Assembly (NCBI GenBank): GCA_963667015.2
Contig: CAXXJJ010000004.1
Span: 224,001-288,000 of the forward strand
Length of the DNA stretch: 64,000 nt
Direction: 5' to 3'
DNA from: Desulfatiglandales bacterium
GTDB taxonomy: Bacteria > Desulfobacterota > DSM-4660 > Desulfatiglandales > HGW-15
A program made the translations under genes and the position numbers. Of this stretch, positions 10,512 through 22,444 are shown in pieces. Every line of letters begins with the position of its first letter. The stretch's first letter is position 1. Below the pieces are notes generated by a model that was not told the DNA's origin, searched no databases, and saw nothing but the letters and a program-made list of their open reading frames with translations.

Positions 10512-11150
10512 TTAGATGTTATAGAACTTTTGTGAATCCAGCCCGACTAATTCAACTTCACTTATTTTATATTTTTCAAGATATCGGGAAATTAAGTTAA
10601 AACCTATCCAGTAACCTGCATATTTGGGAAAATCATCAGGATCAGAGCCAAGAAAGTATTTATTAACAGACTGATTTTTTTTATTAAGTAACGGCTTTAT
10701 TTGTTCGAGCAGGGCCAGCCAGTCACAATCTTTAAGGTTATCAAACAGTGAAGGCATCCTGCCGCCGGTTACTACCACCTCAAAATGGCAGGCCATACCT
10801 TCAGTAATGATCTGCTGTCCCAGGGTTTCAGAAGAGATCCCACGGCTGATCCTGATGCTGTGATGTATTTCATGGGCCAGCACTGCCAGAAGATCACTTT
10901 CAATTATCCGGTCCAGATCTTCTCGATCACAATCAAGCAACAACTCCACTCTATAGGGGCTCAAAGAATATCCTCCGATACCGGAAGGAGACTCATCACC
11001 TTTGTGATATGGCGTTACTGTTATATCGATACAATCAATGGCAAAGTAATCTCTGATTCTTCCCAGACTATACTGTATTTTATTTTCTATTAAGGGAGTG
11101 TATCTGCTCAATTTACCGGTAGCATTCAATATGCTTATAATAATAGCCAC
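10512..11150 (-). CDS. Putative Zn-dependent protease (DUF2268-like)
   Basis: HEIHH followed by EGMA, and YAGYWIGF. Confidence 0.75.
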   Translation of the reverse strand: MAIIISILNATGKLSRYTPLIENKIQYSLGRIRDYFAIDCIDITVTPYHKGDESPSGIGGYSLSPYRVELLLDCDREDLDRIIESDLLAVLAHEIHHSIRISRGISSETLGQQIITEGMACHFEVVVTGGRMPSLFDNLKDCDWLALLEQIKPLLNKKNQSVNKYFLGSDPDDFPKYAGYWIGFNLISRYLEKYKISEVELVGLDSQKFYNI

Positions 11151-11445
11151 TGTTCACTCCTTTTCTGAATCATGCCATTCCTCTTATATATACCCCTATG
11201 CCTGAGGCAGGATAGCCGATTAATGTTCCCTGATTTTATAGGGTAATTAAGCCTGTTTTTATATATGTGCTTATTTCCGATAGAACGAAAAAGCAAGAAA
11301 AATATCATCAGGTTTTTGATGTGTATTCGCAGTGTTAATTCAATTTGCAGTAAAAATTGCTTGTACCTGTAAGATATTAGGTTTACCATCTAATATCGTT
11401 TCTTTGTTTAAATCTTTAATCTCTGTTCATAATCCGGAGGAACAA

Positions 11446-12850
11446 ATGTTTGTCGAAAAAAAAGATCAGGACAAGATATCATTGACAAAAAAAATAATAG
11501 ATGTTGCTGATGTTGATACAGTTTTCCGTGATATCTACATAGAGCACGCAAAAGATCTTTTGTCCGATACCCTGACTCCTGATAAATATCAGGATATCAT
11601 TAAAGAGAAGAACATGCTTGCACGCCTTCCCAACAGCATAAATGAGGCAATGGAAAAAAATGACTGGGCGGCCGTAAAAGAATTAAGCATACGGATGAAA
11701 GACCTCCACAGGTGGACTGAAAGTAATCAATATCTTTTTGACATAGGCAGAAAGGTATACAGCTCCAATTTCATTTATATCAATCCCTTTTCCCCGGGGC
11801 TGTATCATGAGGCGGGCGTGAGTATTAATGACCTGCCTGAAATACGAAAAGATATTATTAAAAAACTTGAAGATATTATCCTTACCGATAAATCCATGAA
11901 CGATTTCTATCTTTCCCGAAAGAATTATTTCAACTCAATTCAGGTCGGAAAAACAGGTGAAGATGAAATAGGAAATGATGAAATGGACCTGGAAGAGCAG
12001 GCAAAGCTGGCCCTCGAACATGGAGACATAAGCAGGCTTGAGGAATTGTCCGAAAAGATACTTGAAATGAATAAACAGGGTGGAATATCAGCGAAAGACC
12101 CGTCTTCAGATTCAGGTGGTGCTAAAGATGCTGAAGGGAGACTCTTTGAATTTCCGGAAAATATTCTCGAAAAGGCAAAAAAAACTCGGTCTCAAGTCGT
12201 TCCGGGTCGATGCCTCTCCAAAATATGCATCTTTGTGCATGCATGCCGTAAGGCGGGAGTTTAAGGTCGATAAATCTTCGGCCTGGAAAAGAATCATGGC
12301 AGACCCTCTCTTTAAAGACGGAATATCAGATGCCCTGAAAACACGAACCGAGGTTTTTTCAAAACACCTGGTAATCAATAGCATGGGATCAAGGCATCTT
12401 CCCGATTATGTTGCAGAGGACCTGCTTGTTGAGGATTTTCCCGAACAACATTCAGGAGATACCGGAGAAACACCCCTGCTTAAACACCTGGGATTTAAGA
12501 CGAGGAGGGGACTTTCAAGGCTTTCCATTGAACATTCACTGTTTATTAACGGTTACCGGATAGTGAAAGATGAACTTGGGCTGGACCCCGCTCTATTCAA
12601 ACTGATCTGTATACCTTCCGACATTTACCTCAGACTGGGGGAGAAAATGGAGTGGGGCAGACACGAGATCTGGACCCATTTTGACGGCTACGGCATAATG
12701 CAGCACAGCATGTTCAATGCAATGGCCGGAGGGGATGTACGCTTTGGAGGCCTTTTTGATCTTGTAACAATAGGCCGTGAATACGAGTCAGACCACGTGA
12801 CAGTAAGGTTTGCAGTGGTCCAGAGAAAACGGATGCTCAAGATGATCTAA
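11446..12850 (+). pseudogene. Hypothetical protein split by a +1 frameshift in an A8 run (12177-12184); possibly a sequencing error
   Basis: GGAGG RBS before ATG 11446; removing one A joins EKAKK to LGLKSFRV. Confidence 0.7.
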
Positions 12851-12882
12851 CCCGGAATATTCATGCACTGCTTTAAAATGAA

Positions 12883-12907
12883 AGGGCACGATGCGTAGTG
12901 CCCCTAC
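12883..12907 (-). repeat. GTAG-type REP-like palindrome, with nearby 7-bp tandem repeats at about 12943-12972
   Basis: Minus strand reads GTAGGGGCACTACGCATCGTGCCCT; lies between convergent genes. Confidence 0.6.
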
Positions 12908-12977
12908 TGCCCCTACTATGCATGATATGTGTAATTCTTTCACCCTGTGCCCTGAGCCATGCGCCTTGGGCCTTTTT

Positions 12978-14189
12978 TTATTCATGCCTCAGGGCATCAA
13001 TAGGATCAAGCTGTGCAGCCTTTTTTGCGGGCACAAACCCAAAAACAACCCCGACTGCAGCAGAAAATAAAAATGCAATCATCACTATCGCCGGACTTAT
13101 TATAAACGGGATACTGAACAGTTTAGACAGGAGGGCTGCTGAAGATAGTCCCAGGGTTATACCAATTATCCCGCCGAATGATGACAGAACCACGGCCTCC
13201 AGCAGAAACTGCCTTAATACCTCGGTTTCCAGTGCGCCTATGGCGAGCCTGATACCTATCTCCCGTGTTCTCTCTGTTACGGAAACAAGCATTATGTTCA
13301 TAATTCCTATGCCTCCTACCAGGAGACTGACTGCAGCTATGGCACCGAGGAGGGCTGTAAGCGCCATTGTCGTACTGGTAAGCATGGAGGCAATTTCCTT
13401 CATGTCCATAACTGAAAAATCATCTTCGTCCTTTGTTTTGGATCCTGGCCTTCTTTCTCTCATCAGGTTTTCAATATTTTCTTTAACCTTCTCAGTGTCA
13501 ACGCCATCCTTTGCAGACACCAGTATGGAAGAGATATCCCGGTTGCCGGACAGCCTCCTTTGAAGAGTTTTTATAGGGATAAGCACAAAATCATCCTGGT
13601 CTCTTCCAAAACTGGACTGCCCCTTGGATTTAAAGACCCCAACTATTTTAAAAGCTATCTTTTTCAGCCTTATAGTCATACCGACCGGGTCTTCCGCCCC
13701 AAAGAGGTTCTCCTTTACGCTGGAGCCAATAATGCAGACAGATTTCCCGCCGCTTATCTCTCCATAACTGAACTCCCGTCCGGTATCCATAACCCAGTTT
13801 TGTGCCTTGATATAATCATTTGTGCTGCCGGTAATGGAGGTTATATAGTTCTGGTTCCCGTATATTATCTGCGCCATGGTGCTGTTGACAGGTGCCACGG
13901 CTGCAAGTGACAGGATCTGTTTCCTGATTGCCTCAACATCAGACTCTTCAAAAGGAGCGGATTCACTCCTTGCACCGCCCGGACCTCTACCCTGTCCGGG
14001 CCTGATCTGCAGAAGATTGCTTCCCAGTTTTGAAATATCCTGAGTAACCTTGGCGGTAGCCCCGTTTCCAAGGGTTACCATGGTTATAACAGCCGCTACA
14101 CCTATAACAACACCCAGTATTGTAAGGGCTGATCGCATCAGGTTTCGTCTGATTTCCTTTAAGGCCAGGATAATACTCTGAAGCCACAT
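12978..14189 (-). CDS. MacB-type ABC transporter permease
   Basis: GGIGIMNIMLVSVTERTREIGIRLAIGA and LDPIDALRHE. Confidence 0.93.
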   Translation of the reverse strand: MWLQSIILALKEIRRNLMRSALTILGVVIGVAAVITMVTLGNGATAKVTQDISKLGSNLLQIRPGQGRGPGGARSESAPFEESDVEAIRKQILSLAAVAPVNSTMAQIIYGNQNYITSITGSTNDYIKAQNWVMDTGREFSYGEISGGKSVCIIGSSVKENLFGAEDPVGMTIRLKKIAFKIVGVFKSKGQSSFGRDQDDFVLIPIKTLQRRLSGNRDISSILVSAKDGVDTEKVKENIENLMRERRPGSKTKDEDDFSVMDMKEIASMLTSTTMALTALLGAIAAVSLLVGGIGIMNIMLVSVTERTREIGIRLAIGALETEVLRQFLLEAVVLSSFGGIIGITLGLSSAALLSKLFSIPFIISPAIVMIAFLFSAAVGVVFGFVPAKKAAQLDPIDALRHE

Positions 14190-14911
14190 TATTTACTACC
14201 CCCGTTATGTCCGTCATTCTCAATCAGGCCGTCGCGAAATCTTATTGTTCTTTTTGCAAATTCAGCCATCTCTTTTTCATGAGTGACCATTGCAATTGTT
14301 ATGTTTCTTTCGTTATTAAGGACTGTAAGAAGATTCATTATCTCTATGCTTCTTTCAGTATCCAGGTTACCTGTTGGTTCATCTGCGAGAAGAACCTCAG
14401 GATCTGTTACAAGCGCCCGGGCAATAGCAACACGCTGCTGCTGCCCACCTGATAATTCGGATGGAGTGTGTTTTTCCCATCCACCCAGGCCAACAGCTTC
14501 AAGGGATTTTCTTGCCATTGCTCTCCTTTGTCTTAAGGGTGTTCCCCGGTAAAAAAGCGGCAATTCGACATTTTCAAGGGCGGATGTCCTGTTGAGAAGA
14601 TTAAATCCCTGGAAAACAAAACCGATATAATAACGCCTTAAAAGGGCCTGCTGTCTTCTTGAAAGAGATTTTACACTCACTCCTTCAAACAGATATTCAC
14701 CGCCTGTCGGTGTATCGAGACAACCGAGTATATTCATGCAGGTTGACTTGCCGGATCCACTCGGACCCATGACTGCTACAAATTCACCATGTCTGATGCT
14801 GAAATCCACTCCTTTAAGGGCGGTCACTGCTGCCTGACCTGATCCGTATTTTTTTATAACCCCTTTAAACTCAATAACACAGTTGTTTCCTTTTTTTTCA
14901 AGTTCTTCCAT
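14189..14911 (-). CDS. ABC transporter ATP-binding protein (MacB/LolD-like)
   Basis: [27 protein letters not shown]. Confidence 0.95.
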   Translation of the reverse strand: MEELEKKGNNCVIEFKGVIKKYGSGQAAVTALKGVDFSIRHGEFVAVMGPSGSGKSTCMNILGCLDTPTGGEYLFEGVSVKSLSRRQQALLRRYYIGFVFQGFNLLNRTSALENVELPLFYRGTPLRQRRAMARKSLEAVGLGGWEKHTPSELSGGQQQRVAIARALVTDPEVLLADEPTGNLDTERSIEIMNLLTVLNNERNITIAMVTHEKEMAEFAKRTIRFRDGLIENDGHNGGSK

Positions 14912-14912
14912 T

Positions 14913-16197
14913 TTAATTTCCTGCAGTGCCGGTAATAATATTCATATCAGGTCGCAAATCACCTTCTATTACCTGTGTCATATTACCATCTGTGTGGCCT
15001 GTCGTGATGGAAACCGGTACCGGTTGATTGTCTTTAAGAATCCACACTGTTTTTTGATTGCCTGTATCCTTTTTTTCAGGCTTTTGTTCGCGATCCCTGA
15101 ACCTTCCGGGAGGACCGGGCATGATCCTGCTGAACAGTCCCCCTCTGTTATTAGAGGAGGAAGAGGTACCATTTATCATCGGAGGCTCATACCTGAGGGC
15201 AGCATTTGGGACAAGAATGGAATCTCTGATATTCTTTACAATTATTTCAGCCGTTGCTGTCATACCGGGCCTGAGAAGAAGGTCTTTATTATCTACCGAA
15301 AGAAGGGTTTCATAGGTGACAACACCCTCGGTGGTTTCAGATCCATATTTTACCTTTAATATTTTAGCCTTAAAAATGTTATCCGGGTATGCATCTACTG
15401 TAAATGTGGCATTCTGGTCACTTTGTACCAGCCCCACATCAGCCTCATCCACATCAACACTCAACTCCATTTTTGTGAGATCTTCCGCAAGTGTGAAAAG
15501 CACCGGTGCCTGGAATGAGGCAGCTACGGTCTGTCCCCGGTTCCACATCACGGCTTAATACGATTCCGTTCACAGGAGACCGGATAACCATCTTACTGAG
15601 ATCTGTTTCATTGGCCTCAAGTGTCGCCTTTGCCTGTAATACCTGGGCATTTGCTGATGCCTCGGATGCAATTGCTCTCTGGAGGGTTGCCTCTGCTGAA
15701 TCCATTTCCTGCTCTGAAGGGACTTTTTTATCGCTTAATTCCCAGACCTTTTTTAGCCTGTCAAGATCATTCCTGGCTTCCTTGAGAGTTGCCTGCGCCT
15801 GTAAAACCTGGGCGTTTGCCGATGCAAGAGAGGCCCTTGACTGTTCAACCTGGGCCTCAAGCTTTGATGGATCGATAGTGGCAAGAATCTGTCCCTTTAC
15901 AACATTATCATTAAAATCAACATTCACGGTCTTTACTATCCCGGATAATTCACTTCCCACATCAACCTGGTTTCGCGGTTCAAGGCTGCCCGTGGCGCTT
16001 ACTGTAATGGTAAGGTTTCCCTTTGATACTTTCTCGGTCTCAAATGAGGCTGTAGTCTCTTTATCCTTTCCTTTAAATAATGATAAACCGATAAAAAGGG
16101 CAATTATTACAATCACTATAATGCCAAGCTTTTTAAAAATTCCCTTTTTACCTTTATTTTTATCCAGTTCAAGATTTTGAATTATATCGTTATTCAT
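14913..16197 (-). pseudogene. MacA-like periplasmic adaptor (membrane fusion protein), frameshifted at the C4 run 15535-15538
   Basis: Removing one G restores IRSPVNGIVLSRDVEPG-QTVAASFQAPVLF. Confidence 0.85.
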
Positions 16198-16225
16198 TTC
16201 AGTTTTCTCCGTTTGCTGATCTGTT

Positions 16226-17650
16226 CTAAATGTCTGTTGATAGGGAAGTCCACCCACCGCCAAGGGCCTTGTAAAGGGTAATATAATTGATACTGATCTG
16301 TCCTTCACTCTGGGTTACCTGATCCTGTATGGAAAGGAGTGTCCGCTGAGCATCCAGGAGGACCTGAAAATCAACAAGACCCGATGAATATCTCATCCTG
16401 GCAAGTTCATAGGAGCGCCGGGCGGCATCACTTGCCTTTACCAGGGATTCATTTTTTACCTGCTGATAGAAGCATGATGAAAGGGCGTTTTCAACCTCTT
16501 CCACTGCTGATAGTAAAAGGGATTTATACTGAACAAGCAACTGCTCAGCAGCAGTTGACTGGATTTCTATGTTCTTTTTTATTGCCCCGGCCCGGAATAC
16601 CGGCCATGATATAGAGGGGCCTATACTGCGTGAAATACTGTCACTGTCTGTCAGCGAGCTCAATGATGATGAGCTTGCTCTCAATGAACCTGAAAGCGTT
16701 ATAGACGGATACTGGTCGGATACTGCAACCCCTATCCTGGCTGTCTGCGCAGCAAGATCTCTTTCCGCTTTTCTCAGGTCCGGCCGCTGTCTGAGGAGGT
16801 CCGCAGGAATCCCTGTCTTTATCTTATTCTGAATTACAGGAACCGACTTTACCGGACTTAGCTCCTCTTTCAGTTCCCCTGGATTGCAGCCAAGAAGAAC
16901 AGCTATTCTGTTTTCTGCCTTGTCAATGTTCAAAAGAATACTTGGAACCTGTGAACGCGTCTGTTCAAGCGAATATTCGGAACTCTTGAGATCAAGTTCA
17001 GTCACCAGCCCGGCCTCGTAACGCCATGCCACTATTTCATGAGTCTCCTCCTGGGCCTTAAGGTTCGATCGCGTATTATCCAGTTGTGCCTGATAAAGCC
17101 TGAGCTGGACATAATTGGTGGCCACCTCTGAAGCCAGGGAAATAGTAACATCCTTAAGGGATTCCTTTGAGGATTCTACATCCGCATCATATGCTTCCAG
17201 GGTTCTTCTTATTCCCCCGAATAGATCTATTTCCCAGCTTGCATCAAATCCCGCCTGATAAATGGTGTTGCTCATTCCTGCTGAGTGACTCTTTGTAACA
17301 GACGCCGAGGAAGAAACAGAAGGGTATTTATCAGCCTCGCTTATGCCTCTTCGGATCCTTGTTTCCTTTAAGCGGAGTACCGCTTCCTCAACGCTCAGGT
17401 TGCCTGTAACAGCCCTGTTTATGAGTCCTGTGAGCATGGGATCGTTAAAGGATTCCCACCATTTTGCCAGATTATTTTCGTCCTCTTCGGTTGATATGTT
17501 TTCCGGCTTAACCGATTGCCATTTGTCCGGGGCTGCCATTTCAGGAGCTTTATAATCAGGCCCGACCGTGATACATGATGAAAATGAAAGAATAATGAGC
17601 GGCAGCAGCAATCTCACCCCTTTTATTACTCTTTCTGTCTTTAGTTCCAT
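16226..17650 (-). CDS. Outer membrane efflux lipoprotein (TolC/NodT family)
   Basis: Lipobox SSC-ITVGPDY, WEIDLFG, LYKALGGGW. Confidence 0.93.
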   Translation of the reverse strand: MELKTERVIKGVRLLLPLIILSFSSCITVGPDYKAPEMAAPDKWQSVKPENISTEEDENNLAKWWESFNDPMLTGLINRAVTGNLSVEEAVLRLKETRIRRGISEADKYPSVSSSASVTKSHSAGMSNTIYQAGFDASWEIDLFGGIRRTLEAYDADVESSKESLKDVTISLASEVATNYVQLRLYQAQLDNTRSNLKAQEETHEIVAWRYEAGLVTELDLKSSEYSLEQTRSQVPSILLNIDKAENRIAVLLGCNPGELKEELSPVKSVPVIQNKIKTGIPADLLRQRPDLRKAERDLAAQTARIGVAVSDQYPSITLSGSLRASSSSLSSLTDSDSISRSIGPSISWPVFRAGAIKKNIEIQSTAAEQLLVQYKSLLLSAVEEVENALSSCFYQQVKNESLVKASDAARRSYELARMRYSSGLVDFQVLLDAQRTLLSIQDQVTQSEGQISINYITLYKALGGGWTSLSTDI

Positions 17651-17728
17651 TTCCTGTTCCCTTTCTTTTATCAAATTTGAGAATAATCATATCCTAATAT
17701 GAAAAAGTAAAATGTTTTTTTACAAAAG

Positions 17729-17773
17729 GTAAAAGAGTGTAAATGTAATGTAAAAAAATGTAAAAAATGTAAC
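17729..17773. promoter_or_regulatory. Periodic GTAAA array upstream of the efflux operon (candidate OmpR/CpxR-type operator)
   Basis: GTAAA at 17729, 17739, 17750 and 17760, GTAAC at 17769. Confidence 0.4.
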
Positions 17774-17855
17774 ATTTTAAGTATTACTGCGACTTTAATA
17801 AACTTTAGCTGTATTTGATATAACTATTCAGTAAATTTAAAATAATAGCTATAGT

Positions 17856-18302
17856 TTATGAAACTGTTATAAAATCAACTGATTCTTTTAGTATATTTTT
17901 CAATTTAATGATACCAGGATTTTTTTTGCTAAAAAACAAATGAGAAGGGCATGCGCAGTCAGATGAGCCGAACCCATTGACAGGTGATGACAGATCAGGG
18001 GCATAATTAAACCTTGACGCCCAGTTACACTCCTTTTTATCATTATCACTGCTGAAAAGAACTGCTATCGCAGAGCCTTTATCCATAAGATAGTCAATAT
18101 GCCAGTGTCTTGACTTGTCCTTTCTTAAATGCCTTTTTATCCTTGACCTTAAACCACCCGGTCCATGAGCACTTCCTACATAAAGGTAGTATCCCTTTTC
18201 AAAGAAAAAATATCCCATTTTACCAATCATGATGTTTTTTGAGTTATTAAGTTCAATTATAATGACATAAGTCCCTGGCCCTGAATAAATTATGTCCATC
18301 AT
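17856..18302 (-). CDS. GIY-YIG nuclease family protein (DUF123-like)
   Basis: GTY...YLYVGSA, HWHIDYL, GFGSSDCACPSHL. Confidence 0.85.
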   Translation of the reverse strand: MMDIIYSGPGTYVIIIELNNSKNIMIGKMGYFFFEKGYYLYVGSAHGPGGLRSRIKRHLRKDKSRHWHIDYLMDKGSAIAVLFSSDNDKKECNWASRFNYAPDLSSPVNGFGSSDCACPSHLFFSKKNPGIIKLKNILKESVDFITVS

Positions 18303-19048
18303 TTTTTTAATTCTTTATCTAATATCAGCCTAATGTTTCGTTCAAGTTCAGGGAGAGCCCTGCCGGCCCTCTCTTCAAGCATAAAATCCGAATCGTTAAA
18401 GGCATTTTCAATATTTATCTCAATAATTTTTGCACCATTTCTTTTTGCGAGCACCGGCAGATATGCCGCCGGATACACTACTGCAGATGTGCCTATCAGG
18501 AGCAACACATCACATGATTCTGCCTGCTGCTGGGCCTCTTCCAGCACGCCTTCGGGTAACTGTTCTCCGAATAAAACCGTATCGGGTTTTAAGATACCCC
18601 CGCATGCGCAAAGCGGAACGTCACCAGCCGGTATATCCGGGGCAATATATTCCCTGCGGCAGGATCTGCAGTAGCTCTCTCTAAGGGATCCGTGTATCTC
18701 CAGAATATTTTCTGATCCGGCCTTTCTGTGGAGACCGTCAATATTTTGAGTGATAATACATTTTAAAATACCTTCTTTTTCAAGCCTGGCAAGGGTATTA
18801 TGCCCTTCATTGGGAATGTATTTATCATAATTCCTTATGAATTCACCCCTAATACTCCAGTATTTTGAGGGATCTTTAATAAAGGTATCGAGAGATGCAT
18901 AGACCGTAGGGTCGTAATCATTCCATAATCCTCCCTTTGACCTGAATGTAGGAATTCCGCTTTCGGCAGAGATGCCCGCACCGGTAAGCGCTATACATTT
19001 TTTGCTTCGGGCTATTACTTCTGCTGCTTCCCTGTATATATTATCCAT
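18299..19048 (-). CDS. cobB: NAD-dependent protein deacylase (sirtuin, CobB-like)
   Basis: TGAGISAESGIPTFR, TQNIDGLH, HGS, Zn ribbon, GTSAVVYPAA. Confidence 0.88.
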   Translation of the reverse strand: MDNIYREAAEVIARSKKCIALTGAGISAESGIPTFRSKGGLWNDYDPTVYASLDTFIKDPSKYWSIRGEFIRNYDKYIPNEGHNTLARLEKEGILKCIITQNIDGLHRKAGSENILEIHGSLRESYCRSCRREYIAPDIPAGDVPLCACGGILKPDTVLFGEQLPEGVLEEAQQQAESCDVLLLIGTSAVVYPAAYLPVLAKRNGAKIIEINIENAFNDSDFMLEERAGRALPELERNIRLILDKELKK

Positions 19049-19219
19049 TTTAGTATACCTCTTTTTTGTAAATATCTATTCATCAGGGTTATTTTTCCTA
19101 TACCTGTCTAAAAAAAATAAAATATTCTTGATTTTCGTACAATATCCGGTTAATAATCCAAAAAGTATAAAAAAAGAAGAAGATTAATAAAAATATAACC
19201 TTTTTTTGACATCATTTTC

Positions 19220-19247
19220 TTGATTTATGTAATAAAAAGGGTATAAT
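19220..19247 (+). promoter_or_regulatory. Candidate sigma70 promoter for thrS
   Basis: TTGATT-N16-TATAAT. Confidence 0.5.
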
Positions 19248-19504
19248 AAAGTGTTTTTATAAAAACATTACCCTATAGTAAAGATAATTATATATACGGA
19301 ACTTATTGGGCATCAGATTAAGTAAATGAGACAGGGAATGAAAACTCTTTTTGTTACAACATTCTATTTTTTTAAGACTTTTTAACCGCATGAATAGTCA
19401 GCTGTTAATGGCTGCGCGGGTAAAAAGAAAAAATATGAATTAAGGGTTTTCTCCTTCTACCAGATTACTTGTTTTGATGCCTTATTTTTTTATACCTGGG
19501 AAAT

Positions 19505-21415
19505 ATGGGACTAGAAATAAAATTAAAAGATAAAGCGCCTGTTGATGTTGACGCCAACAGCATATCCACTCTTGATGCACTGAAAGAACTGGGTGTGAAA
19601 GGCATGGAAAACATCGTTGCAGTAAAAGTGGATGACCGGTTATATGATCTGTCATGTGAAATTAACTCCAGCGCAACAATCGATCCGGTCAGGATCAATT
19701 CCGCCGAAGGGATTGATATCATGAGGCACAGCACGTCTCATGTAATGGCAATGGCGGTAAAGGAACTCTTCCCGGGTGTAAAGGTTACAATAGGCCCTTC
19801 CATAGAGAACGGCTTTTATTATGATTTTGATTATGAACGCCCTTTTAAAGAAGACGATCTGCCTGCTATTGAAGAAAAGATGAATGAGATCATAAAGCAG
19901 GACCTGCCTTTTGCACGTGAGGAATTATCAAGCTCTGAGGCAATAGAGTTATTCGGTAAACAGGGTGAAAATTATAAGGTTGAAATCATAGAAGATCTGG
20001 GCGCTGAAAATGTGTCTCTTTATACCCAGGGCAGTTTTTCAGATCTGTGCCGCGGGCCTCATATACCCTCTACCGGCAGGATAAAGGCATTTAAGCTTAC
20101 AAAGGTAGCAGGGGCTTACTGGCGCGGCGATGAAAAGAGGGCGATGCTGAGTCGTATTTATGGTGTGGCCTTTTCCGATAACAAGGAGCTTCGTTCCTAC
20201 CTCCAGAAGCTTGAGGAGGCGAAAAAGAGGGATCATGTAAAGCTAGGGAAACAGCTTGATCTGTTCAGTACCCACGAAGAGATAGGCGCGGGCATGATTG
20301 TATGGCATCCAAAAGGATACATGTTAAGGCACCTGATTGAACAGTATGAAATCAACGAGCATTTCAAGCGCGGATACGATATGGTCAAGGGACCGGAGAT
20401 ACTCAAGACCGATCTATGGCAAAAATCGGGTCACTTTGATAATTACCGCGAAAACATGTATTTCACCGAGATAGATAATCAGTCATATGGTATAAAACCA
20501 ATGAATTGTCTTTCTCACATGCTCATATATAAATCAAAACTCAGAAGTTATCGTGATCTTCCAATCAGATATTTCGAGCTTGGCCTGGTTCACAGGCACG
20601 AACGTTCCGGTGTTTTACACGGGCTCTCCAGGGTTCGAGAATTCACACAGGATGACGCACATATTCTCTGTACTCCCGAGCAGTTAGGTGAAGAGATTAA
20701 AGGAGTGCTTACGTTCGTAAAAGATGTCATGGGTATCTTTAATTTTGAATATGAGCTTGAAATCAGCACAAGGCCCGAAAAGTCAATAGGATCCGATGAG
20801 GACTGGGAAAGGGCAACCAGTTCACTCATTAACGCAATGGAGGATCTTTCACTTAAATATGATATCAATGAGGGTGACGGCGCATTTTACGGCCCTAAGA
20901 TTGATATAAAATTAAGAGATGCCCTTGACAGAAGCTGGCAGTGTGCCACCGTACAGTGTGATTTTACACTTCCTGACAGGTTCGATCTATCTTTTATTGA
21001 CCAGGAAGGGCAAAAACAGCGACCCGTAATGATTCATCGTGTCATTCTGGGGTCTATTGAAAGGTTTATAGGGATTTTAATTGAACATTATGCCGGTGCG
21101 TTTCCGCTCTGGATAGCTCCGGTTCAGGCTCGTATACTTACTGTTACCGAACGTAATGATGAGCATGCTGAATACCTGTTAAAATCCCTTAAAGAGGCAG
21201 GATTTCGCGCAGAAGCGGATCTCAGAAACGAGAAGCTTGGTTTAAAGGTAAGAGAAGCTCAGCTTCAGAAGATTCCCTATATGCTTGTTATAGGAGACAG
21301 GGAAGCAGAGCAGGGCGGCGTTACCCCCCGGTTGAGAAACGGGAAAAACCTTGCCTTTATGAGCACTGATGAGATTATTCAACATTTAAAAGAAGAAGAA
21401 AGACAAAGGAGGTAG
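19505..21415 (+). CDS. thrS: Threonine--tRNA ligase
   Basis: [25 protein letters not shown]. Confidence 0.98.
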   Translation: MGLEIKLKDKAPVDVDANSISTLDALKELGVKGMENIVAVKVDDRLYDLSCEINSSATIDPVRINSAEGIDIMRHSTSHVMAMAVKELFPGVKVTIGPSIENGFYYDFDYERPFKEDDLPAIEEKMNEIIKQDLPFAREELSSSEAIELFGKQGENYKVEIIEDLGAENVSLYTQGSFSDLCRGPHIPSTGRIKAFKLTKVAGAYWRGDEKRAMLSRIYGVAFSDNKELRSYLQKLEEAKKRDHVKLGKQLDLFSTHEEIGAGMIVWHPKGYMLRHLIEQYEINEHFKRGYDMVKGPEILKTDLWQKSGHFDNYRENMYFTEIDNQSYGIKPMNCLSHMLIYKSKLRSYRDLPIRYFELGLVHRHERSGVLHGLSRVREFTQDDAHILCTPEQLGEEIKGVLTFVKDVMGIFNFEYELEISTRPEKSIGSDEDWERATSSLINAMEDLSLKYDINEGDGAFYGPKIDIKLRDALDRSWQCATVQCDFTLPDRFDLSFIDQEGQKQRPVMIHRVILGSIERFIGILIEHYAGAFPLWIAPVQARILTVTERNDEHAEYLLKSLKEAGFRAEADLRNEKLGLKVREAQLQKIPYMLVIGDREAEQGGVTPRLRNGKNLAFMSTDEIIQHLKEEERQRR

Positions 21416-21420
21416 TAGCT

Positions 21421-21936
21421 ATAGCAAATAAAGTTGATGATATCAGGGTAAATGAAATGATCCGGGCAAGTCAGGTAAGGCTGATTTCAAGTACTGGAGA
21501 CCAGCTTGGAATAATGTCCACGAAGGATGCATTCGATATTGCCAGCAAGGATGGCCTTGATCTTGTAGAAGTAGCACCAAACGCTGATCCACCTGTCTGC
21601 AGGATAATGGATTACGGAAAATACAAATATCAGACCAGTAAAAAAGACCAGGAAGCCAGAAAGAAAACAAAGGCTTTCCAGTTAAAAGAGATCAAGTTCA
21701 GACCCCATACTGATGAGCATGATTTAAATTATAAGATCAGGAATCTTATCAAGTTCCTTGAGAAAAAGAACAGGGTAAAGCTCACAGTAATGTACAGAGG
21801 GCGGGAGTATGCCTACCAGGAAGCCGGTATAGAGCTTCTTAACAAGGTCGCCGAAGAAGTACAGGAATATGGATCAATTGAACAGGAAGCGAAGAGGGAA
21901 GGCCGTAACGCAACCATGGTTATCGTGCCAAAGTAA
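21421..21936 (+). CDS. infC: Translation initiation factor IF-3, probable ATA start
   Basis: IF-3 sequence; GGAGGT 7 nt upstream of an in-frame ATA at 21421. Confidence 0.95.
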   Translation: MANKVDDIRVNEMIRASQVRLISSTGDQLGIMSTKDAFDIASKDGLDLVEVAPNADPPVCRIMDYGKYKYQTSKKDQEARKKTKAFQLKEIKFRPHTDEHDLNYKIRNLIKFLEKKNRVKLTVMYRGREYAYQEAGIELLNKVAEEVQEYGSIEQEAKREGRNATMVIVPK

Positions 21937-22154
21937 TTATTTTATTGTATTAGTTTTAAATACTTCTAACTACCTGTTAATACTTTGAATAATATTTGTA
22001 TCAGGGGGCGAAGACTGGTCATCTCTGCTTTATTTTAATAAAATCCTTTGACTTTTTAGGTATATTTTATTATGCCGGCCCGACAGGAAAAATATTGTTA
22101 ACAATTTCTATCGGATAAGGCTATCACAGATTACGTATATAGGGAGGTTTCTAA

Positions 22155-22352
22155 ATGCCGAAATTAAAGACAAACCGTGGTGCAGCAAAGAGATTTAACA
22201 CCACCGGTTCAGGTAAAATTAAAAGGAACAAGGCATATGCCAGTCATATTCTCACAAAAAAGACCACAAAGCAGAAAAGGAATTTGAGAAAAGCCGGGCT
22301 GGTTGATGCAAGTGACGCAAAGAGAATAAAAAGACTTATTCCTTTTAAATAG
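22155..22352 (+). CDS. rpmI: 50S ribosomal protein L35
   Basis: [14 protein letters not shown]; gene order. Confidence 0.98.
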   Translation: MPKLKTNRGAAKRFNTTGSGKIKRNKAYASHILTKKTTKQKRNLRKAGLVDASDAKRIKRLIPFK

Positions 22353-22444
22353 CAATATTACATAATTTTAAATTACTATATAGTATTTGTAATATATTAA
22401 TATAATAACATAATTGTTTAGTAAAACAGGAAGAGGATCATCAA

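Noticed and set aside
12898..16832. Long + strand ORFs (for example 12898-13563 and 15506-16180)
   Set aside because: Antisense shadows of the efflux genes with no recognisable motifs.
17856..19048. Sirtuin plus GIY-YIG nuclease as a Sir2-type defence system
   Set aside because: The sirtuin has the canonical CobB deacylase motifs and Zn ribbon and lies in core context next to thrS.
19380..19430. Hairpin in the thrS leader as a riboswitch or T-box
   Set aside because: No T-box or other consensus recognised; a weak stem alone is insufficient.
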